Shown: positions 12,561 through 25,633, counted from the first letter of the stretch. The stretch: 64,000 bases of DNA from Squalus acanthias (GCA_030390025.1 CM059430.1:52576001-52640000); one strand, 5' to 3'. Numbers and translations: made by a program. Notes: generated by a model from the letters alone, not told the origin.

Positions 12561-12878
12561 CATCATGTAGCAGCGCAGATCTGCCAGTGTCGGTCTGGCT
12601 TTTTTCTCCTCCCCGGGCATCTGGGTGTTGGCATAATGCTCATAACTGGGCACTACATCGAGGGTGTTGTAGCCGAAGGTTCTCAGGTAAAAGTTAGTGT
12701 TTTGGGTCAGGTTGTTGGCGCCCAGGCTGTCGTAGATGGGCTCGGGCTGGCAGTAGATGTTCTTGGTGTCCTCATCATTGCTGATCAGGGTGCTGATGGT
12801 GAACCTGCCGTGGGAGATGCCTCCGATTCCCGAGCTAGGAACCTCCACTGAGTTCTCGGAGATTGCGGGATCTGCCAT
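12561..12878 (-). CDS. SLC12A3: SLC12A3 coding exon 1 (start codon)
   Basis: ATG at 12878 encodes MADPAISEN...GRFTISTL...[23 protein letters not shown]...[12 protein letters not shown], then GTAAGG donor. 318 nt, phase 0. Exons 1-5 total 768 nt in frame. Confidence 0.95.
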
Positions 12879-12949
12879 AGAGTCGACTCTCAGTTCTGTG
12901 GGAGGATGAAGGAATCGGAAGGAGTCCCACCTGAAGCTAAACCACGGGG

Positions 12950-12957
12950 TTTTTATA
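12950..12957 (-). promoter_or_regulatory. Putative TATA box of SLC12A3
   Basis: TATAAAAA on the minus strand, about 72 nt upstream of the ATG. Confidence 0.55.
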
Positions 12958-14244
12958 CTAGAGGGACTACAGTGGACGGAGATGGGGAGGTAACAGCGCC
13001 AATAAATTAAACCGAGCCCGCAGGGTAGTGGTGGCTGGAGAAAGCCAGAAGGAAGAAAGTTTATTACAAAGGTCAGCGGCAATCTTCGATCATTAATCTG
13101 ATAAACCTTTTTTTTTACATCGCTAAGAGAACCATTAAATGGCGAATGGTGTTTAAACTTGTTTTATCCAAACTACTTCGAAGGGGGATAATTTACATAA
13201 ACCAGTCTTCTAGGAATCCAGAGGTGACCCCCGACTCCTTTATTAAAACACGTTCGATAAAACTTGTTTAAAGAGGCAGAGGTAGGCCAAACCTCAAGTA
13301 CAACTGGAAGGAACCTTTGGTGGTTGGTCGGGGGTGGACGGTGCAACTAATGCTTTCTCAAAGTGGACAAAAAATGGTTTCAAATAAGCTCCCCAAAGAA
13401 ATAACTTGCATTTATATAGCGCCTTTCACTTCAGGTCGTCCCACAGCTCTTTACAGTCAATGAAGTACCTGGCGTCGTTAGTAAATACGCTATCCAATTT
13501 TGGGAGTTCTTTCTGGTCTGAAGGATATGCATCAAAACCCACCACCAACCTGAAGAGTCTCGAACCCAAGCTACAACTAAATCCACACACGTATACCCCG
13601 TTTTCCTAACATGAGGTGCACCTGCTTTTCCTTTAGGAACACACTTACCCATGTACAGAGAGCTTAGTCGCAGGATGTTAAGAGCCAAGACTTGGAATCC
13701 CCCAAATATGTGCGGGAGTTTACAGCAGGGTACTGGTAAGCTTCCTGTGCTTGTTTAGCTGGGACCACTCTATCCAATAGGATAGCAGGAATTCATCACA
13801 ACTCAACATAAAATGTACCAGTGCATTGACACCATTCTTCTGACAACACATCACATTCAACAGTGGCTCAATCAACTGGAGGTGAAGATTTGGCAGTGGT
13901 TGATTGCCTCTCTGCAACCCAAACCATGGCAAGCACCAAAACCCATAAATTAGTGTATGCTCATAGCCAGCCTCCAGGTAACACCTTCGAGCAACTGTCA
14001 TCCCTGCCTTGGCAAGGCTCCTCGCCAGCTATATGACACCATCTGCTTTCCAACATGGTGGAAGCTGCTACGTTGGATAGGTTGCTATGCATCAGCCACT
14101 TTGATATTCGAGACATCCAGCTTCAACGCTTTGTACCAGGTTTACTCATCACAAACAGATTACAATGTTCTCACGAGGGACTTTAGAAGAAATGCACCAT
14201 CATGAAGCTGTCTCTCCCAGGAAAATCCCAAATTTGATCCCATA

Positions 14245-14513
14245 TCTGCACAGAGTTAGCTGATCTCAGCCTGAACAGTGGCAGGGGTTGTACAATTGGC
14301 CTTGATTAGAGAGGTAAAAGCTAGAGTTTATGCTCCTGATGGCCATTCAACAATATCTGCTGGAAATTGTGTACAGGTGGACATTGAGGGCAGAATCAGG
14401 GTCACCTGTATTCACCTTCCTCCACCACCTCTCCAATGAATAGTTTAGTAACACTCACGGCCAATTGGGCAAGTACCAAAAGGACTGTGCCTGTGGAACA
14501 GTACCCCAATGAG
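14245..14513 (+). mobile_element. LF-SINE-like element upstream of SLC12A3
   Basis: GAGTTAGCTGATCTCAGCC...TACAATTGGCCT...CTGCTGGAAA...GTGGAACAGTACCCC matches the recalled LF-SINE core. Confidence 0.65.
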
Positions 14514-16724
14514 TTTTTTTTAATAAAGCTACTCTACCTCTTAAAGTAACCCAGTCATTTAGAAGAAAGTTAAGATCCCAGATAATATGAAATGTATTTC
14601 ACTCATGTTTCTTCAGATCAAACAGGATGAACATTAGACCTTTGTGAAATTTTTTTTAAAAAGTGTGTAAAGAGGGAAGAAAAAGATTCAATGTTAAAGT
14701 TGAGGTTGATTGTGAAAATAGTAAATGTGAATCCAAACATGTGCTTGATCTTGGGTGGATTGCTTTATTGAAATGGTTCCTGGGTATTGCTCTTCTAAAT
14801 GCTGAACTTTATTTCTTTGTGGCCAGTTTAAGTACCTTTTCCCCCCCACTCTGGAAGGCCAGTTCTCAGAGATGAACATAAGAACCTTAGATAACCTATC
14901 ATAAGTACTGAACTACATTTACATAAGAACAAAGTGAAAACAAAACCCTGTAACCTGTGCAGTTTGCCTTTGGGAAGTCAGGGTTAATTGATTTTGTGCA
15001 TTCAATGCTGCAGGGTTTTTGAATTTCATATGCAAGGGTTATAGTAATTAAGTAAAGAAGCAGTGGTAATATTTCCAGTGAACTGGTTACAGTATATAGG
15101 CATCTATTTCCTTTATGTTCTGCGTCACTATGTTAAGTCAATAATAATGGCATTTCATATTAAAAATGCAGTCTGTTTTTTTCCCCAACTGGCTCTAGTA
15201 AAACTAAAAAAATCTTTAAAATACCTGTTAAGCATTTAAATTTAACTCTTGCACCCCCTAAAAATTACTTTACAATATTAACACTCAGAATATATTCAAT
15301 TTTATTTGATAATCATTCAACAAAATATTACAATTTACACAAGACAATAGTTGTTTCATGTTGCTGTGAAATCTAAGAGAGAATCAGTTCTCCTGTTACA
15401 GTGCAGTGTTGACTGTCTCCAATTCTCACCATCTCTATAGTAAGTAGTCAGTGATACTTTATCAAACGTACATTTTCAAGTTGTTCAGGATTCATATACC
15501 AAGAGTTTATTAGTACCGTTTGATTAAAATGACATTATAAATATAATAAATATAACTAGGTTCATTTTCATTTATTATTAAAAGTAAAATTTCACATTTT
15601 TGGTACACTATTTTTCTATCTGGTAATATTTGGCAGTTTCATAAAAATGCTACTATATACAAATATGTTTAAACTAGAAAGGAGAATCAGTTTTCAAAAG
15701 CAGGTACAATGCAGTTAGAGAGTCAGTTATCACAACCTACTTTAAACAGATTAATCTGCCACATTATTATATCAAGTTTATAACTTGAATATTTAGACCC
15801 AAATAAACCAAGAGATGAAGGTAGATTTTTTTCTACATTATGGGGGATGTGCTATGTGAATGCAAAGAGATTACAGTATATAGAAACATTTCTCTCACCA
15901 GAGGGACATAGGGAAGAAGAGACTAGAGTATATGGGAACATTTCCCCCCAGCAGAGCACGGGTTGCAACTTTTAACAATGCAAATGCTATTGAACAAGAA
16001 AGGAGAGGACATTCAATCTGTTACTTTTAGTGAGCTAGTCAGAAGTAACACATTCAATTCCCACTCATTATTTTACATAAAACTGAATGCAATAGATTTT
16101 CATTTTTACAGGAGGAGGGGGAGGGGGGAGGAGGATATGGCACAGAAAGAAACAGGCAACCAAAAAATCAAAGAAACGGCACAATTAATTGCAGACACAT
16201 CCTTTACTTGATCCAATGAAAATCTTGTATTCCTGAAAATCCTCTCAGGTCAAAGTTGCAGACCCATGCTACAGATCGCAAAAACACTGCTCCAAGTGGT
16301 TGTCATTTTATGGTTTCCATTACTGTCCATTATACTTCAGCTGATCAGATGCTGCTGGCCTCTCCCCACCTTGTCCACTTCAGCTCTGTAGCTTTCCACC
16401 AGCCTGAAAGGAGGCCAATAAATACTTCACAACAACACGCTCTCCCATTGTTCCTTTCTGTGTAGGGAAACACCTGGCGTCTGCTTAACATTTGCCCCTT
16501 AATAAAATTGAGATGGATAATCACAGCCTTGAAATTGTGCCCTACTGGCCCTTACAGCAGGGGGGCATGGTGTTGCCTTACAATCCGTAAACATGCTGCT
16601 GATTTTTCTTTGAAAAAAAATCATTCAATTGCCTAAAGAGGATGTAGTGATTTTCACTTACCCATCTGTCAAGTGGTACAAGGATATTTTCAAAGCGGCA
16701 GATCTTGTAGTGAAGACAGTGGTA

Positions 16725-16807
16725 TGATGCAACCCTGGTGTTGTGAAATAGCCGGATCGTAGCAGTTGCTTTTTGCCGGCCTGATTCACAACACCAGCTG
16801 CTGCACC
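16725..16807 (-). ncRNA. MIR138-2: miR-138-2 precursor hairpin
   Basis: Mature 5p AGCUGGUGUUGUGAAUCAGGCCG is exact at 16799-16777; 3p GCUAUUUCACAACACCAGGGUU at 16752-16731. 24-nt loop region. CNNC motif (CUUC) 16 nt downstream of the 3p end. Lies between NUP93 and SLC12A3, as in human. Confidence 0.98.
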
Positions 16808-17189
16808 AATACCGAGTTCTAATTGATAGTGGCGCGTCAGTCAGTCTGGCTCTTCTGCGAATCTCATCCACGGTGGCTATAAAACTGAGTTATCTAATGT
16901 ATCTTTTAAGCAATCAAAATTCATCTGCACATTTAAAAAACAAAACGGCAAAGAACTTTCTCTAAACATTCAACTTGACAATCAAGCACTTTTCTGTAAA
17001 TAATTTAAAATGCACCAGAACGAACGATAAAAGCAGTGTTCATTTAGCAGTCTTTAGCTTATCAGACCCAGCTCACAGCTTGATTTAATGGTCTCCAGTA
17101 CTGGTCAGTTTTATGTAGGTTTTCCTCTTTTCTAATAATATTAAATAGAAAGATCTCCTCCTCAGATAACTCAGGAAGTTTGCCCAACG

Positions 17190-17425
17190 ATTAGCTGAGC
17201 TGTACAGATCAAGAAAATTGTGGGTTTGATCTCCAGTCCGCAAATTAGTGGAATTCAAGTGGAGCTGTGGAAGGCACAAAATTGTCCTCCGTACCCCCAG
17301 TTAGGAAGTATGGGGGGTGAGGGTTCAGCTATGGTTTCTGCTCCTATTGTCTATCCAGTGACTCCTGCTGCAGGGGCTCATGGTGCATGTGTGGGCATCA
17401 GGTGAAGACAGCATCAAGGCCCAGC
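17190..17425 (+). mobile_element. LF-SINE-like element (degenerate)
   Basis: GGGTTTGATCTCCAGTC...CTATCCAGTGACTCCTGCTG...GTGTGGGCATCAGGTGAAGACAG. Confidence 0.55.
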
Positions 17426-17724
17426 ACAGCATCAAGAAGTCAATGCTTTCAGGAGGGGAGGGAGGAAAAACTAGCATAGAAACAGTAAAAAGCTCAGCAC
17501 AGTGGGGTTATTGTCCTTGTACCACATTTAGAAGATGGATTACTTGCTGTGATTCCTCATACAGCGAGTTCCCAATCTTCATTAGGATCCCAGCAGAGGC
17601 AAAGTACTTTGCCAAAGATGGAGGAGGGAAATGAAAGGCCAAGCTCCTATGGCCACTCTTGTGCAGCTTGCACCTAAACATAAAAATATAATTAAAATTA
17701 CATCAAGACTTTTTCTTTTCCAAC

Positions 17725-17962
17725 CAGAGGGGAGATGAAGAGAAATCTTTTTATGCAGCGAGTTATGATGATCTGGAATGCACTGCCGAAAACAGATTCA
17801 ACAGTAACTTTCAAAAAGGGAATTGGATATATACTTAAAAAATAAAAAATTGCAGGGTCATGGGGAAAGAGCAGGGGAGTGGGACTAATTGGATAGCTCT
17901 TTCAAATAGCCGGACAGGCACGATAGGCTGAATGGCCTCCTTGTGTGCTGTAAGATACTATG
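17725..17962 (+). mobile_element. CR1-type LINE 3' fragment
   Basis: Similar to 32830-33065 (TGGAATGCACTGCC...GGCTGAATGGCCTCCTT). Confidence 0.8.
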
Positions 17963-18827
17963 AGCAGGAATGATATCAAAGAACAGCTCAGTTGAAGTTT
18001 ATATCAATTTGTCGAGCTGTAATTCCTAAAGAAAATCAGCTTCCAACATGAAGCAGATTAATGCATGATAAGTGAAACCATGGTGTAGAGAAATATCAGT
18101 GACTCCCAGTTTAATAGCAATATCATTTCATGACCAACTTACCCAAGGGGCTTTTTTTAAAAACTGCAGTGACCAATTTCTATGAACAAATTCTTGGGTA
18201 GATAATCCCATTTCTTCCTCCTAACAATTGGCCACAGTAAACTGAAACTGAAGAACCAATAGTGTTCGTGGTGTATTGACTGAAGAACATATATTACAAC
18301 AGAAGAGGACCTCTTTGGGATACATTTTTGTGGCCCTGTGTGCAATTTAATAAAATGAATCACAGGCTCTCTGTTTACATAATTGTGATACTACTGGGGC
18401 TGGTTTGCCGTCACAAAAAGTGCTCCCCTCCTTTCCCACAAAATAATTAGAAGGTCCTAAAACAACCAAGAGCAAACAAAGACACTGTGCAGAACACTAA
18501 AGCATTAGATAATGTTTACAAATTCTACACGTGGAGTAGATTATGGCAAACATAAGGAACCAACACCTCAGGGTGTAATATCCTAAATTTATTTCAGTTT
18601 CTGAATCAACTCAGTTAAAAAATGTAACACAAACACTTCCAACAAAAGAACACCTCTTAAAAAAATTAGACAATTTTGAGGGAATATTTCCTCAGTGCAT
18701 TGTGTGTAACAAAATCAAAGTGGTTTACAAGAACAGGTTTGTGATTTCCCACTTATTTTAACTTTAGGGATTCAAATGAACAAAGCCAAGATTTTTCAAA
18801 AATCAAACGTTAAGCAGGAAAGATAAT

Positions 18828-18833
18828 TTTATT
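18828..18833 (-). terminator. Candidate NUP93 polyadenylation signal AATAAA
   Basis: First minus-strand AATAAA, about 95 nt after the stop codon. A second lies at 18588-18593. Confidence 0.45.
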
Positions 18834-18928
18834 TCCAATTTGAAAAATACAAAAAGAATTCTGAATATAAAAATCTATTACTACACCACTGGATTATGGC
18901 TCCAGTGTGAAAGCTCCCCACAACTGTG

Positions 18929-19078
<150 letters not shown>

Positions 19079-20091
19079 TTAGAGACACTCCTTCATGGCA
19101 TCAACCAAAAGGGTTTCCAACTGAAACAAGCAGCTGACATTATAAGATGGACTTCTGAAGATACTGCTATTGTAAACACAAACAATTAACAGGCTCAATT
19201 AAATGTTACCTGCAGCACCACAGCAGAGTTCATGTAAGCCGGTATTTCTCGAGTTCTCTTAAAATTACACTCCACTGCCCCCTTCCCCGTATTGGTACAT
19301 AAATACCAATGTGCTGTTGGGTTTGTGGCACATGCTTCCACAGAGTTCCCAATCTTAGCTGGGGAAAGATACTAAGCAGAGGTGCCTACCCACATAAAGG
19401 TCAAAATCAACACACACCACTCCCATGCACTTTCTGCTAACGAGTGATAGAGGCCTGCAAAAGGGTGACTGCTCACCCTCTCACTAAAGGGAATGGTGCA
19501 TGGTTTTGGGGAGGGAGATAGAAATGGAACATTAAACTTCAAAAATGAAACCCTAAGTATGATTTTTCTGTTTGGACAAATATTAGTGGTAACGCTATAG
19601 TCAGGTGAAGTTTTACATGAATCAGACATCTGGCAAAAATTGCATGCACAGAATGAATGCAGAACTCACAATTATTATGCTTTAAAAATATTGTTTAAAA
19701 TTTCTTCACAATACTGGCAAAATTCAAAATGTTATAGTCTATTAAATATCCAAATATACAGACCAATGGAGATAGAAGATTCTCTCCTGGAATGCCTAAA
19801 ATTAATTTTATTTCTGTTTTAAGCCTTGGATCTGCAATTTCTGGTTCAATTTTTATTTCTTCTCACCAAAAATTCAACATTTCTCCATTTCTTTTGTGAA
19901 TCATTAAGTTTACAAAAGCAAACTGTATAACCCGTATGAAACCTCAAGGTTTGACAGCTTTCCATTACATCACACAAGGTTTTCCGATTATTTGGTTTTC
20001 CGATTATTTGTTAATGCAATTTAGCATTTTTCAACAGCTAGAACAGATATTAAAGTCATCAATGACAACAGGTTGCTTAATGTAATCTTAC

Positions 20092-20220
20092 CGAGTCTCT
20101 GTCCTCCATCACTCGCTGAGGTCTGGCAGAGGTGGCTGGGCTTGTGCCCTTCAATCTTTTATACTGGGTAAACAGAATATTCATGGTGGCAAGCAGCACT
20201 TCAGACAAGTTGTGCCTAAT
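20092..20220 (-). CDS. NUP93: NUP93 exon 21
   Basis: Encodes [43 protein letters not shown]. 129 nt; CAG/GTAAG. Confidence 0.97.
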
Positions 20221-20522
20221 CTGTATAGAAAAGATTTGCTCATTAGTATTGCCATTGGTCACTGTGCAATCTCCTCTTACCTCATGCCCCATGGGAAAGT
20301 AGACTAGACAGGTGCAAGTGGCAGACAATCCAGATTTTGCTGCAAGCAACGACCTACTGTTTTCCATAATGGAAATAATACTGTATGTTAAAATGGTAAA
20401 AATTGTAATACCATCACAGACTGTCTTAATGACCAACCTTGATTGAGAGCTTGTTGTAACATTAGATGTATAGAGGATGAACAAAATAAGATCGACAAAG
20501 AGTGAGCTATGAAGCTCTTCCC

Positions 20523-20722
20523 CATAGAATCACAGAATGCTACAGCACAGAAAGAGGCTATCGTGTCTGTGCCGGCTCTTTGAAAGAGCTATCCAATTAG
20601 TCGCACTCCCCTGCCCTTTCTTCACAACCCTGCCAATTCTTCCCCTTCAAGTATTTATCTAATTCCCTTTTGAAAGTTATTATTGAATCTGCTTCCACCA
20701 CCCTTTCAGGCAGTGCATCCCA
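20523..20722 (-). mobile_element. CR1-type LINE 3' tail
   Basis: Reverse complement of the same tail family as 32890-33065. Confidence 0.75.
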
Positions 20723-21211
20723 CCAAACAGGATAAATGTGTTTTTTTAAAACTGTTCCTAGTGTGTATTTTGATTATATTAAATATCTCCTGCTCTGCTC
20801 TAACCTCTGAAGAGAACTCCTTGCTGAAACAATTTGATTTTCCCCCCATTTCCCACACTTGCGGCCACCTTGTCTGAGAAAAAATGCCAATTTTATCCCA
20901 AACAGTAGGTAAATTTGTGCTGTGGACCTTTGCCAGAGAGGAAAGTTCAGATTTATTTTGCAGAGCTCTTACAGATAGCAGACTGAAGGTTTTCACCCTG
21001 GATTTAGATCCATGTCCCAGAAGAGAAGACAGTGGGTCTAACCTGTCAAAAACAATGCACTTTTTACTACTCTAAATACCAGAAGGAAGTGGAATCGCTC
21101 AGACAGAAAGGAATATAATTAAATTCTATCCTATGTTAAACTTTGCATCTTTTTAAAGTAGCATCCAGACCAGAGTAGTACAGGAATTCAGTCTTGGAAT
21201 TTACTGCATCA

Positions 21212-21403
<192 letters not shown>

Positions 21404-21973
21404 CTACATGGGGGAAAAAGAAGCAGTACAGTTAGGCAGACCACTAAGAACCTTTAAAAACCATATATAATAAAGTGGGTCTTGTATTTTTAGTTGAGAA
21501 ACCTGGCGGAAAGCCCACAGTACAGGACACTGGCTGGAAACAGTGGGTAAGAAAGCCACTGCTTGATGTATCTGGTCAAGTGATGCCAAGCTTCAGTTGT
21601 AAACGCCTGATAATTGTAAGAGGAAAGGAAGACTGAGGAAAGTAGGAGTTCCTGTAATGATTTAAATCAAAAATATACCTACCAAAGGGTTATCCTGATC
21701 AACATTACAACAAAATAAATAGTAACTTTTAACTCTACAACATGACAGTTTGTTAAATTGATCAGTGCCTAGAGAAGCAGAAGAGCAGGCTACTGCTGCC
21801 CTCCTCAGGCTGCTGTTGAAACTACTCCCTAACCACTGCAAGAGTGGATCACAGTCTTGGACATAATCAAACAGCTTCGAGATACTCCTTTGTTTCTGAC
21901 TGGAACTTCACTGGTTAAGTGAAGGGGAATAAAGTTTACTATCTTTTAATGAAATGAAAGCATAATAACTCAC

Positions 21974-22091
21974 ATCGATTGCTCTGTCAATATTCCCAGA
22001 ATGGTACTCATCAAAGAAGGTAATTAGGTCCAGCAGAAGGTAGAAAGTGCTGTCAAGTGACTTTTCCGCAGCGACTCCCCGATTGCGATAC
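21974..22091 (-). CDS. NUP93: NUP93 exon 19
   Basis: Encodes (R)[39 protein letters not shown]. 118 nt; TAG/GTGAG. Confidence 0.96.
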
Positions 22092-22189
22092 CTATCAAAA
22101 AAGAAAAAGGTTATCCTAAGAAAACACTACCTGGATCTTAGTGACACGGATTTCTTTATTTCATGGATCACTACCGTGCTGACTATGCC

Positions 22190-22495
22190 TTCTCATCCTC
22201 ATGTTTAAATCCTTCCAAGGCCTCATCCCCTCCTTATCTCCTAACCTCCTGCAGCCACCGCCCCCCCCCCACCACCGGATCTTTCCGTTCCTGACTCTGG
22301 CCTCTTGTGCATGGCAGCCATACATTCAGCCGCTCAGACCAACTGCTCTAGAATTCCCTCCCTAAATTCCTCTGCCTCTCTCTCCTTCCGTAAACCCACC
22401 TTTTTGACCAAGCCTTTGGTTGCCTCTTCTAATATCTGCTTTTTTGGTTTGGAATTCTTTTTTTTTTTACTCTTGTAGCTCTGAAGCACCTCGAC
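22190..22495 (+). mobile_element. L2-type LINE 3' fragment
   Basis: TTCTCATCCTCATGTTTAAATCCTTCC...TTTGACCAAGCCTTTGGT resembles the reverse complement of 3778-4305. Confidence 0.65.
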
Positions 22496-22774
22496 CTGTA
22501 GACATTTATCTACCTTAAAAGGTACAAGATGTTGTTTTTAATCTTGCCGGCCTTTCTTGACCCTCCAAAATCTCCGATTTTTCAGAACTGCATGGCCCAC
22601 TTCTACTCCACCAAACCCATCACTCCTATTCATGACAAGCTCCACCTGTTCCAGCAAATTAACTTCAGGATTCTGGTTTTCAAATCTCTCCACCCAGAGT
22701 GGTTTTCTCCCACCATACTTCACTACACGTACCCGCCAATCCATCACTGAAGGCCGATCTCTCAGTTAATAAAA

Positions 22775-22935
22775 AGGACAAACTTGCATTTATATAGCGC
22801 CTTTCACAACCTCGGGACGTCCTAAAGCACTTTATAGCCAATTAAGTACTTTTTGAAGCATAGTCCCTGTTGTAATATAGGAAACGCAGCAGCCAGTTGG
22901 GCACAGCAAGCTCCCACATGCAGCTATGTGATTAA
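22775..22935 (-). mobile_element. Deu-SINE 3' fragment
   Basis: ACTTGCATTTATATAGCGCCTTTCAC...GGAAACGCAGCAGCC, as in 45520-45660. Confidence 0.75.
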
Positions 22936-23185
22936 TAGACTCCTAGTCTCCGGAATAGTCTCCCAAAACTACTTTCTGCTCTGCCCCACAAAGCAGTTGG
23001 AGATGTTTTTCTTTATGCAATGAACGCTCTAGAAATGGAAGTTATCTTCAGAAAAAGTAATGGACTATTTTCTGCATGCCTCAGAAATCCCTCAATATCC
23101 CAACAGTCACTGCATGAACTGTTTGAAAAATGATTGCAATTACTAATGTGTCATTTACTGGTATCTTTCAGAATCCAGGATTGTT

Positions 23186-24650
23186 TATAGGAACATAGGA
23201 ACATGAGTAGCCCCTCGAGCCTGTTCCGCCATTCAAAGAAATCATACCTGATCTGTGACCTAGCTCCATACCCCTGAATACCTTTGGTTAACAAAAATCT
23301 ATCAATCTCAGATTATAATTAAGACTTGACTTGGCTTAGCACCAACTGCCGTTTGCAGAAGAGTGTTCCAAACTTCTACCACCCTTTGTGTGTAGAAGTG
23401 TTTCCTAACTTCACTCCTGAAAGGCCTGGCTCTAATTTTTAGACTATGCCCCCTAGTCCTAGACTCCCCAACCAGCGGAAATAGTTTCTCTCTCTCTCTA
23501 TCAGTTCCCCCTTAATATCTTGAAAAATTCGATCAGATCACCCATTAACCGTCTAAATTCCAGGGAATACAACCCTAGTTTGTGTAATTGCTCCTCGTAA
23601 TTTAACCCTTGGGAGTCCAGGTATCAATAGGGTAAATCTACGCCGCACTCCCTCCAAGGCCAATATATCCTTCCTAAAGTGTAGTGCCCAGAACTGAACA
23701 GTGTACTCCAGGTGTGGTCTAACCAGGGTTTTGTATAGCTGTAGCAAGACTTCTAACCCCTTGTATTCTAATCCTCTAGATATAAAGGCCAGCATTCTAT
23801 TAGCCTTTTTGATTATTTTCTGTACCTGACCATGACATTTTAATGATCTATGTACATGGACCCCCAAGTCTCTTTGGACCGCCACTGCTTCTAGCTTTTC
23901 ACCATTTAGAAAGTACTCTGTTCTATTCTTTTTAGGTTCAAAATAGATGACCTCACACTTGCCTACATTGAAATACATTTGCCACAGTTTTGCCCATTTA
24001 CTTAATCTATTAATATCTCTAATTTTATGCTTCCATCTACACTACTTACAATGCTGCCTATCTTTGTGTCATCGGCAAACTTGGATATGTGGCTTTCTAT
24101 CCCATCATCCAAGTCAATAATAAATACGGTGAATAGTTGAGGCCCCAACAAAGATTCCTGCGGGACACCATTGGTCACATCCTGCCAACTACCCCTACCC
24201 TGTCTCCTGCCACTCAACCAATTTCCTAACCAGGTCAATAATTTGCCTTCAATTCTATGAGTTTCAACTTTAGCTAACAGTCTCTTATGAAGAACTTTAT
24301 CAAATACCTTCTGGAAGTCCATATAAATAACATCCATAGACATTTCCCCTGCCAACTACTTCAGTTGCCTCTTCAAAAAATTCAATCAGGTTCGTCAGGC
24401 ATAACCTACCCTTTACAAATCCATGCTGGCTCTCTCTGATCAGCTGAAAATTTGAGAGGTGTTCAGTCACCCTATCCTTAATTATAGACTCTGGTAATTT
24501 TCCGACAACAGATGTTAGGCTAACTGGTCTATAATTCGCTGGTTTCCCTCTCTCACCTTTCTTAAATAGAGTGACATGTGCAATTTTCCAATCTAAAGGA
24601 ACGGTTCCTGAATCGAGAGAACTTTGGAAGATTACAGTTAGGGCATAGCT
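23186..24650 (-). mobile_element. CR1/HER1-type LINE, 5'-truncated and degenerate
   Basis: ORFs 24002-24355 (YMDFQKVFDKV, GVPQES, KFADDTK) and 23553-23978 (LYKTLVRPHLEY); (CTATGTTC)n-type tail. Confidence 0.92.
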
Positions 24651-25065
24651 TGAGGATTAGCCTTCACCAACCAAGCCAATATATTGTGTCCAACCAGTGC
24701 ATTTTACTGACCATTTCACTTGCTCTAAAGCTATCTATATTGACAGTCATGTATCTATATTGTATCTGAACAGTGTGGCATTTGCTTCTAATCACCTAGC
24801 TTTTAAAAAATATATTCCTTCTTAGCAGTTTTAATCAGATAAGTTTCATTGCACTGAAAATTCAGTTCAAATTATGCTTACGAGCCGCTTGAGATAATTA
24901 AACCCAAGTGAACTAGCATGCAATGCAATTTCAATGGGACTACAGAGAGCATAGTTAAGATGTTTGGGTAAATAATTAACAGTTTGTTTTTAATAAGGCA
25001 TTTTCCATTACCTTTATACAAGGTTAAGAAAAAGACAAAACCATTAGCAGAACCTGCAGCTCCTA

Positions 25066-25215
<150 letters not shown>

Positions 25216-25490
25216 CTACTGATTAATATATTCTGAACATACAAAATCTTGGTGCATGATTCTGCACTAACATAATTGATTGGGGTCTCCAAGCTGTATC
25301 CACCACAGTCGACAAGTATCACGATATTTTCTTGTTTGCAGGGAAAATGACAGTCAATGGCTTCTGATGATTCTCTGCAGTGTTGTGGAGATATGGATTA
25401 CTGAAGCTTGCAGTCTTAAGATACTAGCCACAGGCCTCAATGGTTTGCACAATTGCGCCTCGCAACTTTCACTGGAACTGCCAATAGCAC

Positions 25491-25633
25491 GGGTGTATTT
25501 TCACTTTTACTGCCCGGTGGAAAACAGAGGCAGGAGATCGGCCGCCCGTTTTAATTACCATTGAGGTCAATGAAAATCGGGCGAGCCATCTGCTGCTGCT
25601 GGTTTTCTATTCGGCATTGTGAAAATTCTCCCC
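25491..25633. mobile_element. Short palindromic MITE-like element
   Basis: Ends GGGTGTATTTTCAC and GTGAAAATTCTCCCC, with inverted arms around a central CATTGAGGTCAATG. Confidence 0.65.

Noticed and set aside
12879-13082. In-frame 68-codon upstream extension of SLC12A3 (ORF 12459-13082)
   Set aside because: It starts at TTG, has no ATG, spans the TATA box and shows no NCC similarity. ATG 12878 matches the known N-terminus position.
16538-16570. CTCF-like motifs near miR-138-2
   Set aside because: Spacing does not fit the CCASYAGRKGGC core.
19978-20009. 16-bp direct repeat GGTTTTCCGATTATTT x2 (a similar duplication lies at about 10044-10078)
   Set aside because: Simple local tandem duplications with no spacers; not an array or CRISPR.
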